A DNA stretch of 64,000 bases from the IMG/VR virus record IMGVR_UViG_3300029319_000007. One strand, given 5' to 3'. Positions 56,416-64,000 of this stretch are shown here, one piece after another; the stretch's first letter is position 1, and every line of letters begins with the position of its first letter. The DNA comes from a virus. A model generated the notes under the pieces. The model did not search any database, was not told the origin of the DNA, and saw only the letters and a program-made list of their open reading frames with translations. The position numbers and the translations under genes were made by a program.

Positions 56416-58118
56416 TCTACTACCTTTGTAAAGTTTCCTACTTTCTCATACTTAATAACATTTTTAAATTTATCAGCAATCATATCTGTTTTGTGTGATA
56501 TAATAAAAACATTCTCATTATCTAATGTATTTAGGATTTTAAGAAAATCATCTGTGCCTTGTCCGTCAAGACTGCCATCAAATATTTCATCTAATAATAA
56601 TAAATTTGTTGATATACTATTTTTCATTTTTGCAATAGCACGCCATGTAAATAATAATGCAAGATTTATTCTCATCTTTTCACCTTCACTAAATGATGTA
56701 TATGAAAACTCATCTCGATATCTAGATTTAATTATTTCTTTAAACTCACCATCTAATCTAAAGTTTACAAAGAAGTCCATACTTGCAAGATACTTGTTTA
56801 TTAATTGATTGATAACAGGTAAGTATTGTTTTATAATTTTTGTTTTAATACCTGTGTCTAATAACATTTGTTTTGCGGCATGTAAATAATCGTGTTCTTC
56901 TAACTTAGATAATTTTGTTTTTTGAAACTCATCTTGACTTTCTTCTAAAACTTTTAGTTTGCCTTTTGCCTCGCCTGTGTCACTAGATTGTTCAGTTAGT
57001 TTTGTAATGTTATGTGTTAATTTTGTGTTAATGTTTTTTAGTTCAGTTTTTGATTGATCAAATTTTGCAATATCAATTTCTGTTGATCTTATATCTGTTT
57101 CTATATTTCTTATCTTATCTATTCTGTTTGATAATGATTTTAATTCTTTTTGTGCGTCTTCTATCGCCTGATTCCATTTCATTATCTCTTTATTATTATC
57201 TGCAATCATAACTTGTTTATTAGATAATACTTGTTTACATGTAGGACAATTATCATTATCTTCATAAAACTTTTTATGTTTATTACATGATGTTAGTTTA
57301 CTTTGAAACTGTGCCTGAAAGTTTTGCATTTTATCAAACTTATTATTTGTGTTATCTTTGTCAGTTATTGTATGTTTTAGTTTTTGTATTTCGTTTTGTA
57401 ATCCTAGTATGTGTGAATTATATTTTTCAACAGCAACTTTGTTTTGTTCTATCTTTTCTTTTTCACTCTTTATTGTTTCTTCAAGTTGACTATCTAACTT
57501 AGCAACATATTCTTTTTGAGTATTAATATTATTTTCTACTATTGTTAAATCTCTATCAATATCTTTTACTTGTTCGTCTATTTCTTTTAGTCTTACTTTT
57601 GTTAACATATTCATTACAGAAAATATCTTAATATCAAGTATGTCTTCTATAACTTCTCGTCTATGAGGTGCTTTTAGTTCCATGAAAGGCACAAATGTAC
57701 TACTACCTAAAATAACAACTTGTGTAAATGTTCTATAATTAAATTTAAGTATTTGATGTTCTAGTTGTTTTTGATAATCTGCAACTGTAGATGTTTGATT
57801 AAGTAATTCGTCATTTTGATATACTTCAAATATATTAGGTTTGATACCTCGTTTTATTTTATAACGATTTGAAGATATACGAAACTCTAACTCAACTTCT
57901 GTGCCGCCTAGATTAATACTATTGACTAATTGTTCTTTCTTTATTTCTCTAAAAGGTTTACTAAACAAAGCAAAACACAATGCGTCTAGTATTGTTGACT
58001 TACCTGCACCGTTATGACCTACAACTAAGGTTGTAGAATTATTATTTAAATCAACTTCAATAAATGAATTACCTGATGATAGAAAGTTTTTCCATCTTAT
58101 CTTTTCAAATATTATCAT
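56412..58118 (-). CDS. gp46: recombination endonuclease SMC subunit (gp46)
   Basis: GHNGAGKS, CPTC hook, FSEGEK and LLDEIFD motifs. Confidence 0.95.
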   Translation of the reverse strand: MIIFEKIRWKNFLSSGNSFIEVDLNNNSTTLVVGHNGAGKSTILDALCFALFSKPFREIKKEQLVNSINLGGTEVELEFRISSNRYKIKRGIKPNIFEVYQNDELLNQTSTVADYQKQLEHQILKFNYRTFTQVVILGSSTFVPFMELKAPHRREVIEDILDIKIFSVMNMLTKVRLKEIDEQVKDIDRDLTIVENNINTQKEYVAKLDSQLEETIKSEKEKIEQNKVAVEKYNSHILGLQNEIQKLKHTITDKDNTNNKFDKMQNFQAQFQSKLTSCNKHKKFYEDNDNCPTCKQVLSNKQVMIADNNKEIMKWNQAIEDAQKELKSLSNRIDKIRNIETDIRSTEIDIAKFDQSKTELKNINTKLTHNITKLTEQSSDTGEAKGKLKVLEESQDEFQKTKLSKLEEHDYLHAAKQMLLDTGIKTKIIKQYLPVINQLINKYLASMDFFVNFRLDGEFKEIIKSRYRDEFSYTSFSEGEKMRINLALLFTWRAIAKMKNSISTNLLLLDEIFDGSLDGQGTDDFLKILNTLDNENVFIISHKTDMIADKFKNVIKYEKVGNFTKVVE

Positions 58119-59185
58119 ATCTCTAAATCTCCTGCCTCAACATATAAACTTCTCATTAAAGTTTTTAGTTTTTCTTTATTTAAATCAGTTTCAAGTTCGT
58201 TAACATAGTTATCTAATAAAGTAGGTGTATCTTCACTTCTTTCTGCAATATCATCTGCCACAGTAGAAGCGTCTAAGTCTGTGTAATCTTCTATTACTTT
58301 TAAATCATGTATATTTGTTTTCTTATAAAAACCGTCTATGAATTTATCAAATAAGTAATAATCTTTTTTCTTTTCTACTATTAGTTTGATAAACTTATCT
58401 TTATATGGTTTATAATCAAAGTCTTTGTAATCATTAGTCTCATCATTATAAAATATCTTTTCATGTATAGTATATGGATTAGGTATTCTTTCTATTTCTC
58501 TTGTTTCTGTATCAAATATATGAAAACCTTTAGGACATTTATAATCATTCCACATAAATTCATAAGGGCAACCAAGATAATATATTTGACCATCATCACT
58601 CTTTTTATGAAAGTGACCTGAATATACTTTTTCAAATCTACGAAATAAACTTTTATTTAAACCTGTAGCAGATTTTATGCCGTTATGCATTTCAAATCCT
58701 TCTATCTCTAGATGACCCATAATAACATCTGCTCTTTCTTGTTCAAGTGCTTGTATTGTTTGATCTTTATTATCAGCACATACCCAAGGCAACATTAACA
58801 TTTTTGTGCCACCTAACTCTACTACTTTAGGATTAGTATAAATGTAAGGTTCATGTATACCGTCATAAGTTGTTAATAACTCATCAACAGCATTTACTTC
58901 GTTTGTATTTTTATAATAAGTGTCATGATTACCTATTATAATATGTGTATCTATTTTTTCTTCCCACAATCTTTTCATAAAGTTAAGACGAAAATCATGA
59001 GATGTTTTAAAGTTAATAAACTTACGCCTATCAACAATATCACCTAAATGAATTAGTGTATTAATATTATGTTGTTTTAAATATGGGAAAAACACATCAT
59101 CATAAAACTTGAAAAAATAATTTGCATATGCAGGATTATCATTTCTCGCCCCAAAATGTGTGTCAGTAATTAGAGCAATCTTCAT
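58115..59185 (-). CDS. gp47: recombination endonuclease nuclease subunit (gp47)
   Basis: DTHFG, LGD, GNHD, GHLE and SGHFH motifs. Confidence 0.95.
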   Translation of the reverse strand: MKIALITDTHFGARNDNPAYANYFFKFYDDVFFPYLKQHNINTLIHLGDIVDRRKFINFKTSHDFRLNFMKRLWEEKIDTHIIIGNHDTYYKNTNEVNAVDELLTTYDGIHEPYIYTNPKVVELGGTKMLMLPWVCADNKDQTIQALEQERADVIMGHLEIEGFEMHNGIKSATGLNKSLFRRFEKVYSGHFHKKSDDGQIYYLGCPYEFMWNDYKCPKGFHIFDTETREIERIPNPYTIHEKIFYNDETNDYKDFDYKPYKDKFIKLIVEKKKDYYLFDKFIDGFYKKTNIHDLKVIEDYTDLDASTVADDIAERSEDTPTLLDNYVNELETDLNKEKLKTLMRSLYVEAGDLEI

Positions 59186-59742
59186 AACATAAAGTATTCT
59201 AGTTTTTTAACTTTTGTAATCTTTCTTTTTAGTTTAGGTTTATCTTCTTTCTTTTCTGGTTCAGAATCAATAATCATGTTCTTTCTTAAAAAATCAGCAT
59301 ATTGATTTTGATAATCTGTGTTATCACCTTCTTGTCTTACTATTTCATCTAATCCACTTTTTAGAATTAACTTTTGTTTAATTGTTGTTTGTTTTTTTTC
59401 TTTCTGTATTCTTCTAATAAAGGCGTAATAAATTATTTGTGTAAAGTAAGCAAAAGGATTACTAGATTTTTCAGGATCAAAGTTTGCTACATATTGTAAA
59501 CAATTTTCAATACCATCACTTATCATATCTTCTTTATATGTGTAATTAATAAAGTTAGGTCTATATGATAAATGATTTGCAATCTTTAAAAAACATTCGC
59601 CAATATAATCATTTATAGGAGGATCTTTTCTTTTTCTCTTTCGAGCAGATACCACTTTCTTGTGATACTTTTTCATTTCCTCTAAAAACTTCTTATTATC
59701 AACATAATGTTCTGTTTTTTTCTTCTTTAATTGTACAGTCAT
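59182..59742 (-). CDS. gp55: late-transcription sigma factor (gp55)
   Basis: HYVDNK.F, RPNFINY, MISDGIENC and NPFAYFTQI motifs. Confidence 0.95.
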   Translation of the reverse strand: MTVQLKKKKTEHYVDNKKFLEEMKKYHKKVVSARKRKRKDPPINDYIGECFLKIANHLSYRPNFINYTYKEDMISDGIENCLQYVANFDPEKSSNPFAYFTQIIYYAFIRRIQKEKKQTTIKQKLILKSGLDEIVRQEGDNTDYQNQYADFLRKNMIIDSEPEKKEDKPKLKRKITKVKKLEYFML

Positions 59743-59752
59743 AATGTTTCAC

Positions 59753-59781
59753 ATTCTATCACGAAATAGTATAAAAGTCAA
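59753..59781 (-). promoter_or_regulatory. sigma70 promoter TTGACT-17-TAGAAT for gp55-47-46
   Basis: -35 at 59776-59781, -10 at 59753-59758. Confidence 0.7.
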
Positions 59782-59828
59782 GCGTTATATACTACATTTT
59801 GTGATTATTTTTTTTTTGATAAAAGTGC

Positions 59829-59857
59829 TTGACTAAACTCGATTTTTGAAGTATAAT
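59829..59857 (+). promoter_or_regulatory. divergent plus-strand sigma70 promoter TTGACT-17-TATAAT
   Basis: -35 at 59829-59834, -10 at 59852-59857; no plus-strand gene follows. Confidence 0.65.
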
Positions 59858-59886
59858 ACGGATGTCCCGTTTTGATGAGACCTGCT

Positions 59887-60351
59887 TTAATGCTTAGTTG
59901 TTTTACCTTTTAGATATTCAATCATTTCAAAATAATCTTCATCATTCATTTTATCCATCATATCATCAAATTTTTGATCCATTTCAATTTTAGATTGTAT
60001 AGGTTCTAATTCTTTTTTTATAGAAGGAAACAATCCCATTCTAACATTATTATAATATTCTGTCAAGTTATTATTTGGCGAACCTATTGTAATTACATGT
60101 TCTCTCAATACAGAATATACTTTATCAGTTGTTTGAAACACTAAAGGTGTCAAAGACATTTTTTCTTCGACAAATCCTATATTATTACCTACAAGGTTTT
60201 CATGTATTCTCACTTTGTAAGGATCATGTAATCTTATAAAATTAGAACCTTCTTGTACTGTGACACCTGCGATAACTTGTTGCCCATTTGATAACATAAT
60301 TACTTTAGGGGTAGGTATATTTACTTTTGTTTCTTTTACTGTTTCGTTCAT
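59887..60351 (-). CDS. conserved hypothetical protein (Sm-like fold candidate)
   Basis: I.LSNGQQVIA...L..P motif; usual position between uvsW and gp55. Confidence 0.65.
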   Translation of the reverse strand: MNETVKETKVNIPTPKVIMLSNGQQVIAGVTVQEGSNFIRLHDPYKVRIHENLVGNNIGFVEEKMSLTPLVFQTTDKVYSVLREHVITIGSPNNNLTEYYNNVRMGLFPSIKKELEPIQSKIEMDQKFDDMMDKMNDEDYFEMIEYLKGKTTKH

Positions 60352-60359
60352 ATAATTAT

Positions 60360-61829
60360 TTATGTTATGTCAACATGATGTAATTCATAGTCAAACTCTT
60401 GTTCAGAATAGATGTTTATTCTTTCCATAAAATGATTGAGGGTAAAGTTCTTTCTTTCTTTATATGAAAAGTCATCAGCAATATCATATAAAGTTGCTTT
60501 AGTTTTATCATCACCAAGACGCAACCCACGACCAAGAGACTGTAAAACACGAATTTTAGATTTTGTAGGACTTGCAAATATAACATTATGTAAGTTTCTA
60601 ATATTAATACCAGTAGAAAAAGTTCCATAACTTGCGACAATAATTGCGTTGTTTTCATTTTCTGTAATACTTCTAACTGTTTCTCTATCTTTAGTATCAG
60701 TACCACCATATACAAAAAATAATTTTCTTGTTTGATGATCTAATGTGTCACCTATGAGATCATGTAAAAATCTACCATGTTTCTCTACATATTGAAATAA
60801 AACTAAAGTATTACCTATTTGTGTTTTGGCAAGATTCTTTATAAAGTTATTTCTTTTTTGATGTGTGACTATGTAGTCCATTTCTTCTTGATAGTTTAAA
60901 CGCTTTACATTCATACATTCTTCTTTAGAATATTTTAAAATAAGACATTGTATCTTTAAATCTGCAAGTTGTTCTTTATCTATGAGTTCTCTTGTTGTTG
61001 TGACATTATGAACAGGACCAAATAATCCTTCTAATACTAATTTATGTACTTTACTGTCATCTAAAGTACCAGTCGTGCCAACTCTATATTTTGCATTTAC
61101 ACATGCACTCATAATTTTCTGCAATTCTTTAGATTTGTATAAATGTGCCTCATCACCTATAACACAATCAAATTGTTCAAAGTATTTCTTATCAAAAGTT
61201 GCAAGTGATTGCCATGTTGATATGACAACAGGTTTCTTTTCATCTATTTCATAACCATAATATTTTCTTTGTACATGTTTATCTGGCACCCAACCATAAT
61301 CTTCAAAGTCTTTATACATTTGTTCTACAAGTGAAGTTGTCGGCACAATCAATAAACTTCTTTTTTGTAATGTAGTCATCATTCGAATGATACAATATAT
61401 GATTAAAGACTTACCTGAAGCAGTAGGTGATAGTAAAATACTACGCTCATTTGTAAATGCATGTATAAACGCATTTAATTGATAATCTCGTATTTCTATT
61501 GATTTTGTTAAAATTTTGTTAATAAACTTGGAAAAATCCTCCCTAGCAAGGGCACCAGGGGTTTTTTCCAGACCCTCTAGTGTGATTGTATGTCGTGAAT
61601 TTTCGCAAAAATACTTAACATAGGGTAGCAACCCATGATACAACTTACCTGTTGCTTTTGAAAATAATCTTATTTTGCCGTCCCATCTCTTTGCACGAAC
61701 ACTCGGCATAAAAGAAGAACCAGGTACTTGAAAAGTAAAAAACTCTGATATATCTTGTAAGAGTCCTAAATCTTCACTAGTACACTTAATATAAGATTCA
61801 TTATACTTTGTTATTTTTAATTCGCTCAT
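60360..61829 (-). CDS. uvsW: UvsW helicase
   Basis: PTASGKS, DEAH, GTTGT, STGINI and QSLGRGLR motifs. Confidence 0.95.
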   Translation of the reverse strand: MSELKITKYNESYIKCTSEDLGLLQDISEFFTFQVPGSSFMPSVRAKRWDGKIRLFSKATGKLYHGLLPYVKYFCENSRHTITLEGLEKTPGALAREDFSKFINKILTKSIEIRDYQLNAFIHAFTNERSILLSPTASGKSLIIYCIIRMMTTLQKRSLLIVPTTSLVEQMYKDFEDYGWVPDKHVQRKYYGYEIDEKKPVVISTWQSLATFDKKYFEQFDCVIGDEAHLYKSKELQKIMSACVNAKYRVGTTGTLDDSKVHKLVLEGLFGPVHNVTTTRELIDKEQLADLKIQCLILKYSKEECMNVKRLNYQEEMDYIVTHQKRNNFIKNLAKTQIGNTLVLFQYVEKHGRFLHDLIGDTLDHQTRKLFFVYGGTDTKDRETVRSITENENNAIIVASYGTFSTGINIRNLHNVIFASPTKSKIRVLQSLGRGLRLGDDKTKATLYDIADDFSYKERKNFTLNHFMERINIYSEQEFDYELHHVDIT

Positions 61830-62625
61830 CTAATTCTTCGTATGATATGTTTGTCCAGTATTTTCTTTCTAGTTCTTCTATTTCAGGTATAGGTTCACCT
61901 ACATGTATAAATTCATGTTCAGTATCGTATTTGTTTAAAAGTCTTTTTGTATGATTAATCCATTTATTAGGGTCAATCGCTTTCGCTTGAGGTCCTAGAT
62001 AACCTGTTGAACCTTTGTAAATGTTGTTTACTTGTTTTGATTTCGAATGATAATCGTATCCTATCAGATATATCTTTTTGTCTACATCTGCTGCCATTAA
62101 TGCAATCAAAACACCTGCGTTTGTCTTCTCGTCTTGATACTTGCCCAAACCCATTACCTTGTCTTTCTTCTTTGTCCATGTTATTTTATATCCTTCTTGA
62201 TCTTTACCAAAGTGTAATTTAAAATCATCTTCATGCCAGTCTTTATTCTTATCTCTAAACTCTTTCATTAAGTCAACATTGTTTGCCCAACACACAAAAA
62301 ATCTTTTCTTTTCACCCGGCCATTCATGTTCGTCTGTGTATTCATTTGGGTCTACATCACCTATAAATTTTTTGACTGTTTCAGGATAAAATAATTTATC
62401 ATATAAAGTATGAGGGTTTTTTGACCATTGTTTTAAGTAAACAGGATTTTCAAAAGCATAACCACTACGATATATTTCATGACATATATTGTAATCCATG
62501 GCAACTAATACATCAGGTGTAAAATCTCGATACAAACCATTACAACCATATATTTTACCAAACTGTCTTAATCTTTCTAAATTAAAGTCTTTTCTACTTT
62601 CACCATTGCCTATACAAAAAATCAT
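61801..62625 (-). CDS. DUF115/Maf-like Rossmann-fold protein
   Basis: IGNGESR, GCN and IYLIGYD motifs. Confidence 0.6.
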   Translation of the reverse strand: MIFCIGNGESRKDFNLERLRQFGKIYGCNGLYRDFTPDVLVAMDYNICHEIYRSGYAFENPVYLKQWSKNPHTLYDKLFYPETVKKFIGDVDPNEYTDEHEWPGEKKRFFVCWANNVDLMKEFRDKNKDWHEDDFKLHFGKDQEGYKITWTKKKDKVMGLGKYQDEKTNAGVLIALMAADVDKKIYLIGYDYHSKSKQVNNIYKGSTGYLGPQAKAIDPNKWINHTKRLLNKYDTEHEFIHVGEPIPEIEELERKYWTNISYEELDERIKNNKV

Positions 62626-63131
62626 CTATACACCTCGTAGTTTATGTTTATGTTTATCTTTGCTGAATGATCAGTTTGACTAACTGATCTGTGTGGTAGG
62701 TCACCATCAAATATTATCGCATTATTCTCAACTGCATTAAATATAGTGCCATTTTCAAATTCTGTATAACCATTGTTTGTATTGATTGATAATAATAATA
62801 CTTTGTGTTTTGCGTTTTGATCTATATGAAATGCACTTTTGAAAGGTTCATTTTGATAAGGATATAAATTAACTTTTGATCTAATTACTCTTATTATTCT
62901 ATGTTCTTCACCTAATCTATTAATAATAGGTTGCATAATCATATGATGTAATTTAGGGTCTGATACTTTTTCATATTTAACAATTAACATGTGTGTAAGT
63001 AAACTACCTAGTGTTATATCTTCTGCTGTTCCTACATGCTCTTGTCTATAAAACGGAAAATTAGAAGACATTAATAAGTCTTGTATTTCTTTGAAATAAT
63101 TTTCAGATAAAAAATTTTCTATTTGTTTCAT
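62622..63131 (-). CDS. 2OG-Fe(II) oxygenase family protein
   Basis: FHID, NNGYTEF, FDG..PH and ININY motifs. Confidence 0.75.
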   Translation of the reverse strand: MKQIENFLSENYFKEIQDLLMSSNFPFYRQEHVGTAEDITLGSLLTHMLIVKYEKVSDPKLHHMIMQPIINRLGEEHRIIRVIRSKVNLYPYQNEPFKSAFHIDQNAKHKVLLLSINTNNGYTEFENGTIFNAVENNAIIFDGDLPHRSVSQTDHSAKINININYEVYR

Positions 63132-63271
63132 TTTTTAAACATCTTCGAAACTACCTTAATAGGATTTCTCAATGCCTCATATACTTTCCATATCTTATCA
63201 ATATGAATATCTAATTTTTTATTAAGATCATCTATCTTTTTTTCTATGCGTTTTAAATCTTCTTTACTCAT
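63128..63271 (-). CDS. small coiled-coil protein (47 aa)
   Basis: Hand-translated MSKEDLKRIEKKIDDLNKKLDIHI...; TAATG and ATGA coupling. Confidence 0.55.
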   Translation of the reverse strand: MSKEDLKRIEKKIDDLNKKLDIHIDKIWKVYEALRNPIKVVSKMFKK

Positions 63272-63699
63272 TACATACTGCCCATAGTAAACTTTTTCCA
63301 TTCTATTGCATTTTTAATTTGAAATGTGCGATTGTTTATTTGTTTTAGTGTGCTTTCACAATAGTGACATATCTGTTTAAGATATTCTATCTTTTGTCTT
63401 AGTTTAATTATCTCATCATCACTATCAATAAACTTATCTACATCTTGTCGTAATACTTTTAGATCAAAGTTTTTTTCTTTGTATTCTTCAGGTTCTGCTT
63501 TACCTGTAAAAAACAACCATTTTTTTATGTGTAGTTTAGAATAGTCACCCTCTGCCTTTTTTAACATGAGAGCATATGTTGAATATGTTTTTAGATATTG
63601 AGAATGTAGTTGTGGTGTCTTTAGACTTTCTAAGTCTAATTCAGTATCGTCTATCTTCAAATCTTTTTCGGCCTGCGCCTGTAGTTCATCAAGTGTCAT
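63271..63699 (-). CDS. uvsY: recombination mediator UvsY
   Basis: DLKID..L..ES...P.LHS.Y and R.FQIKNAIEW.KF motifs. Confidence 0.92.
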   Translation of the reverse strand: MTLDELQAQAEKDLKIDDTELDLESLKTPQLHSQYLKTYSTYALMLKKAEGDYSKLHIKKWLFFTGKAEPEEYKEKNFDLKVLRQDVDKFIDSDDEIIKLRQKIEYLKQICHYCESTLKQINNRTFQIKNAIEWKKFTMGSM

Positions 63700-63728
63700 A
63701 ATTTAATCCTTATATAATATATAGTAGT

Positions 63729-64000
63729 CTAAAACGGAGTAGTATATTCGTGTAGTTTATATCCGAATGAGACTGTGGCAAGTAAATACTCTATATCAGT
63801 TGCATTTTGATTGTATTCTAACGCTGACAATGTTTTAGGATAACAATCTCTAAATGTCACTTCTACTAGAGGTGTATTACGAGCAGATAATATAATTAAC
63901 TTACTATCAGAAAATATCGCACCATCAGGTGTTGCTGATGTAGTTCTACCTGCGTCTTGTAAATTGTTTTGTTGTGACAATGGCATTCTATCATTGCCAC
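63729..64000 (-). CDS. gp3: tail tube terminator/tail completion protein (gp3-like), C-terminal part
   Basis: SD..L.IL....P...V.F.D.YP..LS...A.V.F.Y motif; upstream of uvsY. Confidence 0.75.
   Translation of the reverse strand, partial: GNDRMPLSQQNNLQDAGRTTSATPDGAIFSDSKLIILSARNTPLVEVTFRDCYPKTLSALEYNQNATDIEYLLATVSFGYKLHEYTTPF

Overview
AT-rich segment of a lytic T4-like myophage genome. Nearly all genes are on the minus strand. The gene set (bS21, Hsp20, CobS-like AAA/VWA pair, RimK, 2OG oxygenases, cytidylyltransferase-like gene) and alphaproteobacterial-type regulatory motifs point to a marine T4-like phage resembling pelagimyophages, with a probable alphaproteobacterial host; this is inferred. 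Reading right to left in transcription order: gp3 (partial), uvsY, uvsW, gp55, gp47/46, two DNA methyltransferases, the VWA/AAA pair, bS21, Hsp20, gp45/44/62, regA, RimK, gp43, a third methyltransferase, uvsX and gp41. Next come a block of putative virion/internal-head proteins (ligase-like, kinase, HIGH nucleotidyltransferase, HAD), a lipase-spanin-membrane protein lysis block, primase, and nrdA/nrdB split by two genes. The left end holds a glycosyltransferase/radical SAM/NadE/UDP-sugar dehydrogenase cluster and small early genes. Four observations stand out. (1) A complete 77-nt tRNA-Asp(GUC) is nested in frame and on the same strand inside a protein-coding ORF. (2) A ligase-like/kinase/nucleotidyltransferase/phosphatase set carries T4 capsid-targeting-like leaders. 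(3) A composite promoter cassette occurs four times, with IHF-like, GCGAC-N5-GTCGC-type and (in two copies) alphaproteobacterial LexA-type boxes. (4) hsp20 has a ROSE-like thermometer and an RpoH-type promoter. All product calls come from motif recognition, not database searches.
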